This document shows positions 1 to 10,862 of a stretch of 64,000 nucleotides of DNA, piece by piece; position 1 is the stretch's first letter, and each line of letters begins with the position of its first letter. The translations under genes and the position numbers were made by a program. The stretch comes from Scyliorhinus canicula (lineage: Eukaryota), in contig NC_052158.1 of assembly GCF_902713615.1 (NCBI RefSeq), forward strand, positions 32,157,990-32,221,989, given 5' to 3'. Under the pieces are notes generated by a model that saw nothing but the letters and a program-made list of their open reading frames with translations, did not search any database and was not told the origin of the DNA.

Positions 1-1858
1 GGCTCTCAGGGACCTGGTCAAGAAGACGACAGAGTTCCAATGGTTCCCTGCCCACAAACACGAATCGTGGGAACTCAGGGCGAAGCTGACCGTGTTGGCA
101 TTTTTTGATCCGGCCAAAGAAACAAAGATTTCCACGGATGCCAGTCAATCCGGCATTGGAGCAGTGCTCCTTCAACGTGATGATGCCTCATCATGGCTCC
201 TGTTGCATACGCGTCACGTGCAATGACGCCTATCGAACAATGCTATGTGCAAATTGAAAAAGAGTACCTGGGCCTTCTTACCGGCGTCGTTAAATTCCAT
301 GACTATGTCTATGGACTCCCAAAGTTCACAGTCGAAGCAGACCACAGACTGTTGGTCAATATCATTCAAAAAGACCTTAACGACATGACCTCTCGCCTGC
401 GGTGTATTCTCCTTAAGCTCGGGCGTTACAACTTCGAGCTCGTCTACACCCCGGGCAACAAGTTCATTGACACTGACGCCCTCTCCTGGTCAGTCACCAT
501 ACCCTGCAACCCAGCGGGATTCATTTGTCAGGTTGATGCTCATGTGGCATTCGCTGCTTCCAATCTGCCTGCCACGGATGAACGACTCATCCAGATTCGT
601 TGTGAGATGGCCGATGACCCCCTGCTCCAACGTGTCATGCGCCACCTAACGGACGGGTGGTTCAAGGGCCAATGCCCTCAATTCTATAATGTTAAGGGTG
701 ACCTGACGGTAGTAGACGGGATTCTTCTCAAGCTGGACCGTATTGTCATCCCGCATAGCATGCACAACCTTGTCCTCTAGCAGCTCCATGAGGGCTACCT
801 GGGAGTGGAGGTGTCGCCAACAGGCCCGTGAAGCAGTGTACTGGCTTGGAATCAACGAGGACATAGCTAATGACATGCTCAACTGCCCAACATGTCAGCG
901 ATTCCAGCCGGCCCAACCAAGGGAAACCTTGCAACCTCATGAGTTGGTCACGTCTCCCTGGACCAAGGTGGGCATCGACCTGTTCCATGCTCTTGGCCGG
1001 GACTACATCCTCATTGTGGACTATTTCCCAAACTACCCGGAGGTGGTAAGGTTGCACGACCTCGCCTCAGCTGCGGTCATTCGTGTGTGTAAGAAAAACT
1101 CCGCTCGACACGGCATCCCACTCACGGTCATGTCAAACAATGGCCCCCGTTTTGCCAGTCAGGAGTGATCCAAGTTTGCCAGACGGTACAACATCACACA
1201 TGTCACGTCCAGTCCCCCTTATCCCCAATCCAATGGTAAAGCAGAGAAGGGAGTGCACATCATAAAACGGCTCCTGTGCAAGGCGGCCAATGCTGGTTCT
1301 GATTTTTACCTTGCCTTGCTTGCCTACTGCTCCGCCCCCTTGTCCACCAGCCTGTCACCGGCTCAACTACTCATGAATCGCACGCTGCGGACAACGATGC
1401 CGTCCATTCGTGTCCCGGACCTGGCCCACGTTCCGGTCCTTTGCCGGATGCAGCTGACTCGGGCCCAACACAAATCGGCCTACGACTCCTGTGCCACGGA
1501 TCTCCCTGCTCTGGCTCCCAATGACAACGTCCCTGTCCAGCTTCCAGATGGTCGCTTGTCCTCCACTGCTGTCGTGCTCAGACAAGTGGCCCCTTGTTCA
1601 TTCTTGGTTCGTCTACCGGACGGCTCTCTTCTGCGCCGAAATAGGCGGGCACTGCGACTCCTTCCGCGCTTGCCACATGATCTTCAGGTCCTGCCTCGCC
1701 ATCACGACGACCCCATCATGGACTTTGCAGATCTCCCTGTCGCTCTGCCACCCTCTAAGTCTGACACAGTCCAGCCCATTCCAGAACCGGCGGCTCTTGA
1801 CCCACCCTTGAGGCGGTCAACCAGAATTCGTCGCCCACCTCAGAGACTAAATTTATGA
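1..1858 (+). mobile_element. Ty3/Gypsy LTR retrotransposon, decayed 3' pol (RNase H, integrase)
   Basis: RNase H motifs STDASQSGIGAVLLQ and YASRAMTPIEQCYVQIEKE. Integrase PWTKVGIDLF, NNGPRF, YPQSNGKAEKGV and a LRRSTRIRRPPQRLNL tail. The frame is split by stops and frameshifts. Confidence 0.93.
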
Positions 1859-2078
1859 ACTGTCTGAATTCATGGACTCTGAATTGTTTTGTTGCTCTCT
1901 TTAATCAACTCACTGGTTTGCACATAATGTTGTTCTATCTACTATTTTGTTGCATACTGTTCACCTGCACACAACACCTTCCAATGTAAATAGATTAGTG
2001 TTTATGTACATAGTCTTGTAAATATGCTTGCACATGCCACACGGATATATTATTTATTACTATGAACACATTTTTTTA

Positions 2079-2161
2079 TAAAAGGGGGGGGAAGTCATAA
2101 TCGGCACATCGGTATATAATGGTGCAGAGACACACACTGACTGACACACTGCAAGACCAAT
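2079..2161 (+). mobile_element. Polypurine tract plus truncated 3' LTR of the Gypsy copy
   Basis: AAAAGGGGGGGGA is followed by (A)GTCATAAT...GCAAGACCAAT. This matches the first ~70 nt of the complete LTR at 34646-34246 (-). Confidence 0.8.
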
Positions 2162-3589
2162 ATATCTTTTACGCAGATGGGCATGCACTTTAAATATGGC
2201 ACCACGGCCTTGCCAGCTCTATCAGGCCCTGACATGCCAGAATGACGGCAGACACCCCCCCCCCCCCCCCCCCCCCCCCCCCCAGATCTGTGCTCAGAAT
2301 CCCTGAAAATGTGGTCTGAATTCCCGGTTATGTTTCTGGTGAGAAACACATCTGAACTGCTTCTAAAGCATTTACATCCTTTCCTACATAAAGACACACA
2401 GACTGTGCACAGTATTCCAGATGTGGCCTCACATGTACAACCACAACAAAACATCTCTACATTTATATTCCATTTCATTTGCAATAAATGGCAAAGTTCC
2501 ATTTGTCTTCCAAATTGTTTGCTATCCCTGTGGACTAACATTTTGTAATTCCTGTACCAGGACACCCAAAGTTCTGTAATCTCTCTACTGAAGTAATAGG
2601 AGGCCTTGTGGCACAATGGGTAGCTCCCCCTATCACTGAGGCAGAAGCTTCAAGTTTGTGTCCAATGTCAGGACTTGGTGGTCATGGAAACAGCATTCAA
2701 CACAATTCACAAGTTGATAATCAGCTCGGAAATCCTTCCACACTATTGCCCAAAGGGTAAAAAAAAGTACATAGGTGTGAAGATACGCAAACAACATTTA
2801 AATATTATGTTGCATTTCAGTTCTTCCTACCACCGTGGACAAGTTCATGCTTATCCCACGTATGACCCCAATGTACGGCAGAGAACTGGAACGAGATACC
2901 ACAACAATTTTGCAATTTGGAAACTGCGAGGAGGAAAGGCTACCTGCTTTCCCCGGCACCATCCCATCCGAGAAGTAATTCCGCTGACAAATATAGATAT
3001 TTTTTCACTGAAAAGAAACTTTATTATTAACACAGGACAAACTACATTAACATTGCCAAAAATACCTCACAGTTAACAGTTAAACAATTCTTAACAACAA
3101 AATGAAACACTTTAACTTCTAACATTCCTTCTCTATCTCTAATTAGGCAAAGCCCATGACAGATCAAAAGACACTTGTAAATAAAGTCAGCAAACACAGA
3201 GATATTTACAGTGCTCTTTGTGGAGAATTGCTTTCAGCGAAGGAACGAGACCCTTTCCAGGTCCAAAGACCTGGCTCCTCCCATTAATTACATCATCTGT
3301 GTCCCACTAACTGTCTTATAACCATCGTACAAAGGTTAAACACTTCCCCTCAATTATCTAAACCCCAGGGAGACTTGTTTCTGTAAACAAAACTCCATTA
3401 ACCCTCTATAGGAAAGCAATTGGTTATAATCAACTATTATCACACTTTTACAACATCTTAATTGCATCCTTTGCAGACTCACCACCTGCTTGACTGTTAA
3501 ACCCGGATTTATAAAAAAATTATTTCAACAGGTAAAAAAAAACTTATATATATATATATATATATAAAACAATTTCCTACATTGATCAC

Positions 3590-4055
3590 ACCATATTTCA
3601 CTCCCATTTGCCATATTTTTTGCCGAGTCATTTAACCTGTCTATATCCCTTGCAGATTTCTTATGTCCTCTTCACAAAATTTCTTATTTATCTTTTTGTC
3701 ACTGTCACATTTAGCAACCAAACATTAGGTGCCTTCTTCCAAATCATTGATATAAATTGTAACTAGTTGAGACTCCAGCATTGTTCCCCATGGCACTCCA
3801 CTACTCTCACCTTGCCAAGCTGAAAATTACATTTTTATCCCTCCTCTGTTTGCTGTTAGGTAACCATCCTTCTGTCCATGCTAAAATGTTATCTCTTGCA
3901 GAATGAGCTCGTATTTTGCATTGTAACCTTTGATGTGGAAAGTGCCTTCTGGAAATCTGAGTGCATCACAATCATAGGTTCCCCTTCATCCATGTTGCGT
4001 GTTACTTCCTCAAAGCTTTCCGAGAAATTCGTCAAACATGATTTCCCTTTCACAG
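3590..4055 (-). mobile_element. Decayed CR1 LINE RT fragment
   Basis: Reverse complement resembles CR1 ORF2 (DFQKALSTS, GVPWGTML, LVTIYINDL-like segments). Heavily mutated. Confidence 0.6.
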
Positions 4056-4060
4056 AACAT

Positions 4061-4802
4061 GGGTGGAATTCTCACATTTTGAGACTAAGTGTGGTAGCTG
4101 GCAGCTTCTGTCCCATTGGCCAGAATGGAGAAACCGAGTGCCCCAGATTCGGCACTCAGAACCTCATTAATTATACATTTTTCCTCAAATCTTCCTGGCA
4201 GCTGATTCATCCTCCTACCCTCAGTTGATGTATTCGAAATTCCCGACAGCAAGCTCCACCTCTGGGACCGCGGTGCAAACATATTCTGCACTTGAGGAAA
4301 TACGCAAATAATGTTGGATGTTACCGAGTGGAGACCCCTCGAGAAACTCGGGCAATGATTTTCCAGCCCCACCTTGCACTCCATTCCTTCTTGAACTGTG
4401 ATCCTTTGTTGTGGTGTGTGCATGTGTTCCACAGCACAGTCCTGTCCAGGAGGACAGGGACCCCTGTACTCTCAAACCCCAGGAACAGCACTCACCTCAA
4501 ACTTTTTGGTAACCTTCACTCTTTAGCAATTTGGTTTTAGACTGATGTAGTTTCATGCTGGCATGATACAAGATTGGAAGGCTGGACAGAATGGCAGTGG
4601 GTGGCTGGTTTAATGAGCATTCATGAGATGCAGATGACTGCAAATGGCATTCATGCCACAGCCAGTGGGAAGACCAACCCGCCATTGGGAGAATTACAAT
4701 GTGAGTTTATGCCAGTGTGTTTCTGACTGTTTGGCTCTCACTAGGTTCTCCAACCCTGCCCACCACTAAACCCACTACAGGCAGGATGGAAGAATTCCAC
4801 CC
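4061..4802. mobile_element. Non-autonomous TIR element (Harbinger-type MITE)
   Basis: Perfect 12-bp terminal inverted repeat GGGTGGAATTCT / AGAATTCCACCC. ACAT lies on both flanks. Confidence 0.7.
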
Positions 4803-4806
4803 ACAT

Positions 4807-5886
4807 GGCGAAATTCTCTAAAATTGGTGCGATAGCCCGATGTCTGCGTCAAAATCGGCGCGAACCACTCCGGCGTCGAGCCGCCAGGAAGTTGCGGAAT
4901 CCTCTGCCCTTGAAGGGGCTAACAGCGGCGTGACGCCAATCGCGACAGCGTGACCCATCACAGACGCGCGGGCCGTCATTTACGCCGTACGGCATCGCTC
5001 CACAAAAGACATCCCCGCCGGAGACTCGGCAGAATGGCCACCCGCCGTGCAGCGCCAAACTTCCAGGAGTGGGACATCGAGGTACTCCTGGGCACAGTAG
5101 AGCAGAGGATGGAGGCCCTGCACCCCGACATAGCCGCAGGTTCGCACCACACGTCAGCCGGGACCTGTGGAGGGAGGTGGCAGAGGTCGTCATCACCGTG
5201 GCCGTAACATCCAGGACAGGCAGCCAGGGTGAGTGCCCTCCACAATTTCCACCCCCCCCTCCCCCCCCAGATGGACGGCAAAGCCCTAGCTGAAAACCCC
5301 CCTCACCGATCCCACCCTGGCTACCAAATTCTCCAGCGCTGGTTTTTGGGCGGGGTGGATCACGCCACGCCGGTCGAAGGCCTTTGGCCAGGCCTCCCAG
5401 GCAATTCTCTGGCCCCAATGGACCGAGCGGCTGCCTGTTTTCGGCCAGTCCCGCGGGCGTGGATTAGACAAGGTCCATACTGGTGGGACCTGGCTTTGTG
5501 GGCAGCCTGCGGAGTCCGCGGGGGGCTCGGGGGGGGTCCCCCACGATGGCCTGGCCCGCGATCAGGGCCCACCGATCTGCGGGCGGGCCTGTGCCGTTGG
5601 GGCACTCTTTCCCTCCGCGCCGGCCTCTGTAAGGCTCTGCGATGGCCCGGTGTGGGGAAGAAACTCCCTGCGCATGCGCAGGAAACACAGCAGTGCTCCT
5701 GCGCATGCGCCACCTCGTGCCGGCTGTCGGAGGCCCTTCTGCGCCAGTTGGCGCGGCGCCAGCCACTCCAGCGCCAGCCTAGTGTGGAGGATTCCGCATC
5801 TTCCGGGCAGCCTGATGCCGGAGTGGTTCACGCCACTCTTTGGCGCTGGTCTGGCCCACCCCGTCGATTGCAGGATAATCCCGGCC
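4807..5886 (+). mobile_element. GC-rich Harbinger-derived element carrying a Myb/SANT-like gene remnant
   Basis: Degenerate termini GGCGAAATTCTC...GGATAATCCCGGCC. Nt 5031-5230 translate, with one frameshift, to MATRRAAPNFQEWDIEVLLGTVEQRMEALHP...DLWREVAEVVITVAVTSRTGSQ, which fits the Myb/SANT-like pattern of Harbinger partner proteins. Confidence 0.7.
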
Positions 5887-5957
5887 AAGGATTTATTTCT
5901 CGAGGGATAGAAAATATAAGTTGGGAAGTCAGGCCGAACCTGTATTGATTGTTATTT

Positions 5958-6648
5958 GAGCACTGTAGCATTGTGGATAGCACAATTGGGCAGCACGGTA
6001 GCATGGTGGTTAGCATAAATGTTTCACAGCTCCAGGGTCCCAGGTTTGATTCCCGGCTGGGTCACTGTCTGTGCGAAGTCTGCACGTCCTCCCCATGTGT
6101 GCGTGGGTTTCTCCGGGTGCTCCGGTTTCCTCCCACAGTCCAAAGATGTGCGGGTTAGGTGGATTGGCCATGATAAATTGCCCGTAGTGTCCTAAAAAGT
6201 AAGGTTATGGGGGGGTTGTTGGGTTACGGATATAGGGTGGATACGTGGGTTTGAGTGGGGTGATCATTGCTCGGCACAACATTGAGGGCCGAAGGGCCTG
6301 TTCTGTGCTGTACTCTTCTATGTTAATCGCTTCACAGCTCCTGGGTCCCAGGTTCGATTCCGGCTTGGGTCACTGTCTGTGCGGAGTCTGCACATCCTCC
6401 CCGTGTGTGCGTGGGTTTCCTCCAGGTGCTGCAGTTTCCTCCCACAGTCCAAAGATGTGCAGGTTAGGTGGATTGGCCATGATAAATTGCCCTTAGTGTC
6501 CAAAATTGCCCTTAGTGTTGGCTGGGGTTACTGGGTTATGGGGATAGGGTGGAGGTGTAACCTTGGGTAGGGTGCTCTTTCCAGGAGCCGGTGCAGACTC
6601 GATGGGCCGAATGGCCTCCTTCTGCACTGTAAATTCTATGATCTATGA
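5958..6648 (+). mobile_element. HE1-like tRNA-derived SINE with a second SINE (5988-6324) nested in its head
   Basis: The host head GCACTGTAGCATTGTGGATAGCACAATT breaks at 5987 and resumes AATCGCTTCACAGCTCC at 6325. The insert has its own head, box B and tail. The host ends in a CTATGA repeat. Confidence 0.88.
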
Positions 6649-6664
6649 CCCCGAGAGTACTGTG

Positions 6665-7135
6665 CACAGCTCTGATTTCCATATTGTATCAATGATATTG
6701 TGGCACTGGAGGTGGTGCAAAGATTGATTCGGATGATACCAGAAATGTGCGGGATTGCACATCAGGAGTGGTTTGACAAGCTGGGTATGTTTCCTCTTCG
6801 AAAAAGCAGGTCAAGAGGCGACCTAATAGAGGTCTCAAAAATTATGGAAGATTTTTATCGAGCAGATACAAAGAGAATGTTTCCTTTTGTGGGGTAGAGC
6901 AGAACTAGAGACGATTGATATACGAAAGTCACTGAGATTGCTAATACAAGAATGTGGAATTGGCTACCACAGGGGCTGGTTGAAGCAGACAGTATAGTTG
7001 TACCGAAGGGGAAGTGAGACAGGTAAGTGAGGGGAAAAGCAATATCGGATTACAATGGTAGATTTAGATGTGGAATGATGGGAGGAACTCGGGTGGAGCA
7101 CAAGCATGAACTGGTCGGGCTAAATTCTGTTTCGA
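6665..7135 (+). mobile_element. Decayed CR1 3' fragment
   Basis: LEVVQRLIRMIPEM...RSRGDLIEVSKIM matches the CR1 ORF2 C-terminus. Confidence 0.8.
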
Positions 7136-7394
7136 TGCCACACATCCTGTGTACTCCTGATTCCCTCTCTCTGAATCTTTCTGTCTTTCTCTGATTGTTA
7201 CTATGATTATTTCTGCCTCTGACTTTTTCTCTCCGATTCTCTCTTTCTCACTCCGTTGATTCTCCTGATATCACTTTCTGTTTGATTCTCCCTCTCTGAC
7301 TCTCTCTCTGTGATTCACTCTTTCTCACGTATTCTGATTCCATTTTTCTCATTCTTGATTCTCTCGCACTCCCTCTCTCCTGCCCCTCTAACAG

Positions 7395-7502
7395 GTCTGA
7401 AATCCCAGGTTATGGTTAATGTTAGGATTGTCTTTGGAGTCCTCGGGATCATCGCTGTGGTTGTCAACGCCGTTGTGGTTGTCATCATCTACTTGAAGAA
7501 AG
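7395..7502 (+). CDS. Transmembrane exon of a type I membrane protein, probably an MHC class I heavy chain
   Basis: Polypyrimidine tract plus AACAG acceptor and AAAG|GTAGGA donor. The exon is 108 nt, phase 1-1, and encodes LKSQVMVNVRIVFGVLGIIAVVVNAVVVVIIYLKK (hydrophobic span then basic stop-transfer). Confidence 0.78.
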
Positions 7503-7603
7503 GTAGGAATCGGAGAGACATTGACAGTTCCTCATTGGGGGAGGGGGGAATGTGTCTATGGTTCTGGAACGATCAAGGGGTGAGCAGTTCAGACTGAGGG
7601 AAA

Positions 7604-8216
7604 GGGCTCGGGTCAGGGTGCGAGTGAGGGTCTCGGGTCAGGGCGAGAGTGAGGGTCTCGGCTCAGGACGGGAGTGAGGGTCTCGGGTCAGGGCAGGAGT
7701 GAGGGGCTCGGGTCAGGATGGGAGTGAGGGTCTCGGGTCAGGGCGGGAGTGAGGGTCTCGGGTCAGGATGGGAGTGAGGGGCTCGGGTCAGGGCTGGAGT
7801 GAGGGTCTCGGCTCAGGGCGGGAGGGTCTCGGGTCAGGGCGGGAGTGAGGGTCTCGGGTCAGGGCGGGAGTGAGGGTCTCGCGTCCGGGCGGAGTGAGGG
7901 GCTCGGGTCAGGGCGGGAGTGAGGGGCTCGGGTCAGGGCTGGAGTGAGGGTCTCGGCTCAGGGCAGGAGTGAGGGTCGTGTCAGGGCGGGAGTGAGGGTC
8001 TCGGGTCAGGGCGGGAGTGAGGGTCTCGCGTCAGGCGGGAGTGAGGGGCTCGGGTCAGGACGGGAGTGAGGGGCTCGGGTCAGGGCGGGAGTGAGGATCT
8101 CGGGTCAGGGCGGGAGTGAGGGGCTCGGGTCAGGGCGGGAGTGAGGGGCTCGGGTCAGGGCGGGAGTGAGGGGCTCGGGTCAGGGCGGGAGTGAGGGTCT
8201 CGGGTCTGGGCGGGAG
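7604..8216 (+). repeat. 25-bp G-rich minisatellite, about 24 units
   Basis: Unit GGGTCAGGGCGGGAGTGAGGG(T/G)CTC is repeated in tandem with point variants. Confidence 0.97.
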
Positions 8217-8361
8217 AATTGGGCTCAACATTCTGTTAGAGGGGCTCAGTATGAGAAAGGGTCAATCTGTCCCTTTCACTCGGGGTTCCAGCATCTCTGA
8301 ATTTCTTTCAGTTTTTCGTCACTCACTGAAAATTCCTTGTTTAACATTCCTTGTTTTACAG

Positions 8362-8395
8362 GGAGAGGGAAGAGCGTCTAAAATCCTACAGAACA
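8362..8395 (+). CDS. First cytoplasmic exon (class I exon-6 equivalent) with an in-frame stop
   Basis: TTGTTTTACAG acceptor and A|GTAAGC donor. In phase 1 it reads G-R-G-K-S-V-*-N-P-T, with TAA at 8379-8381. Confidence 0.65.
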
Positions 8396-8460
8396 GTAAG
8401 CTGATGATCAAACACCCTCTGAATCTGTGTGTAACTGTGTGAATCATTCTTCATTCTACT

Positions 8461-8760
8461 TCAGGCACACTGAGTAACTAATTGTTCTCTCTCTCTGAAT
8501 GTGTGTGTCATCCTCTGTGTTTGTTTCTGTGTGTGTGTATCACACCCTCTGAGTGTACATGTATGACTGTGTCCCTCTGCTTCAGTAGGTATGTGTGTCA
8601 CCCTTTCACTCTGTGAATCCCTCTCTCTCGTCAGTCCGTCTGTCTTGCTCTCTGTCTGTGTCTGGCGGTGTGTGTATAACCCTCTTACTCCATGTTTGTG
8701 ACTTTCTGTCTCCTTCTGTTTTTGTGTCTTGCATGCTGTTTCTGTCTCTCTGAATGTGAA
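8461..8760. repeat. Degenerate (TG)/(TC) microsatellite-rich tract
   Basis: Interspersed TGTGTG and TCTCTC runs. Confidence 0.8.
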
Positions 8761-8790
8761 TTGTTTGTATAAGGCCTCTTTTATTAACAG

Positions 8791-8838
8791 CGTCAGATAA
8801 AATGGAATTCTCATCCACCTGCGCTACCAGTGCCTGAG
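8791..8838 (+). CDS. Second cytoplasmic exon (class I exon-7 equivalent)
   Basis: TTTTATTAACAG acceptor and G|GTATGA donor, 48 nt. In phase 1 it reads (T)SDKMEFSSTCATSA*, resembling my recollection of shark class I tails (TSDKAESSSNSSATA-like). Confidence 0.68.
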
Positions 8839-9972
8839 GTATGAATAATGTCGATTTATGTTGGGAGCAAATGCTTCTAGTTGGTACATCCTAGTTGGTG
8901 TAATAAATGTACAATCTGGAGGGTGGAATGGGAGCTCAGTGCATGTTCCTCAGTGTATAGTCATTAATGAGAAGCTCATTCAATTCAACACTGAGCTTTG
9001 AGACTGGCCTTTGAGAAATGACTGGTCTACAGTCTGAGGATGGAGATATCCTGGAGAGTTGGGGGGTTGCAGGGCAGGAACATCTCATTTGAGGCTGATG
9101 TCTCTTTCAGACTGGCCTTGAGGAGGTGGCTGGTCCTGTACAGTCTAGGGGTTGGGAGGTTTGAGTCTGGAAGCATCTAATCTTCGATGTGGCTTCCTGT
9201 CAGCTGATCAACATCCTTAAGGGAGTTCAGATGCCCAGAGCATCCGTTAAAATAGATTACTGGGGTTTAATGTTGTTGCTCTCCCGGGATTCTGAATTAC
9301 TGAAAGGAGTTTGTAGGATGTTGTGCACTGGGAGGGGTATGGATCTGATGGAGAACTTGTTTTGGACTCCAGACATTGAAGAGATTTACTGATCTTGGAG
9401 AGATTGCAATGTAGATTTAGCAGAATGATACCTGGTGGCCCAATGGTTAAAGTAGGAGGAGAGGTTAAAGAAGTTAGAAGGTCAAGGGCAATTTGATTGA
9501 GGCTTTCAATATATTAACAGAAATGGAGTAGATAGAGTGATAAACCATCCCTGCAGTTTGGGAGGCTTGGAGGGGGCATAGTCTAATTGAAACCTGCCTC
9601 ATGGAAACCGAAATTTGGAAATACTTCTGCACAAAACGGGTTGTAATGTTTTGAAACTCCCCTCCTGAAATTGAAATTGATGATCAATGAACTGCTAATA
9701 CATCCGCTTGAAAACCCCGACAAATCAAAAAAATTAGCAATGAGACAAATATAGAATATATATGGATATAGGTTTCACACACCAGGCAAGTTATCAATCA
9801 ATGATGGGACATGCTTTAGCGGGTAACTGGTGTTCCTGTGCCCTTCACTGGTTTCTGCTGGTGTTTGTGAGGTGGGTCTGTTGGATTTTGCTGCTGGTAT
9901 TTTTTGGGTGCTGTTGGGCCTGCTGGAATTTGCTGTCTTTCTATAACCACCCATGTCTTTCTCTTCCCCCAG

Positions 9973-10128
9973 TGTCCTCCTGTGTCCTGGGCTGGGAACC
10001 CAATGTTGCACTGCCGGAAATCATTTGGAGGAGTGGAAAAGAGCATTGAGCGCCATTGACTCTTTGACAACATTCAAAAATACGAGTTATAGAAAATGAA
10101 TAAAGTTGTTTATAATTAAATAAATAAA
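9973..10128 (+). other. Possible terminal 3'UTR exon with poly(A) signals
   Basis: TCTTTCTCTTCCCCCAG acceptor at 9972 and AATAAA at 10099, 10119 and 10123. It could instead belong to the LTR of the adjacent ERV. Confidence 0.35.
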
Positions 10129-10785
10129 GCCAGAGTGAGTGTGTCCGATCTGAAGTTAACATCTCAGTCACCCAGCCTGAGTTTGAATTAAGAGGGCAGT
10201 GAGCCCCATATGATGACCAGGATCAAGTGGATGAAGGGAGTATAAAATAAAGGACTGGGTAGCTGATGAATTCTGAGGGCATGTTCGAACCACCAATGTT
10301 GCAGACAAATTGTTACAGCAAAAGATAATTAAAATTTCAGAGGCAACGGCAACCTCCAAAAATCAGCCTTGAAGATTGTTCAGTAAACCTCATGTGCATA
10401 GACGAGGAGAGACTGAATGGGAAGATAGCGACAATGGTACCTGGGAACGGGTTTAAATAGATTAAGGAGGGACACTGTCTTGTCTTCTCCCCCACATTGG
10501 GGTCAGACCCCAAAACCGGTCCATTAACATGTTGATTATCTGAGACCTTGAAATGGCTGTCTCGGCCAGAATGGGAGGTGGCACTCAGGGCGTACCTAAG
10601 CCATAAATGGCCCAAATGGATAAATCATTTTGGGAAAGAATTAAAGGGCCTGGGACACACTGGACAGCGACAGTGGGAAGAAGCCCATAGGTAAATGCAT
10701 GCCTAAAAGTGAGACACCCGTGGCAATACTTACTTACACCCGAGAATTAAATGATAAAGAAATGGAGATTGAAAATTTAAAGTGA

Positions 10786-10862
10786 GGGCAGCACGGTGGC
10801 GCAGTGGTTAGCACTGCTTCCTATGGCACTGAGGACCCGGGTTCGATCCTGACCCCCGGCCA
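10786..10862 (+). mobile_element. SINE head only (tRNA-like boxes A and B)
   Basis: GGGCAGCACGGTGGCGCAGTGG...GGTTCGATCC. Confidence 0.8.

Noticed and set aside
4849-5948. Several long overlapping GC-rich ORFs
   Set aside because: Stop codons are scarce in GC-rich MITE sequence. Only the Myb-like fragment resembles a known domain. The same applies to 63177-63989 and 37867-38853.
2161-7394. MHC alpha3 (Ig C1) exon upstream of the TM exon
   Set aside because: I found no C-x-V-x-G-F-Y-P or Y-x-C pattern by eye or in the ORF track. It is presumably outside the window or deleted.
7310-7597. Single-exon 95-aa membrane protein from the ORF track
   Set aside because: The N-terminal part is a polypyrimidine tract and the C-terminal part is intron. 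Only 7395-7502 is bounded by splice sites.
10786-10862. tRNA gene
   Set aside because: It has boxes A and B but is the tRNA-derived head of the SINE family repeated across the window.
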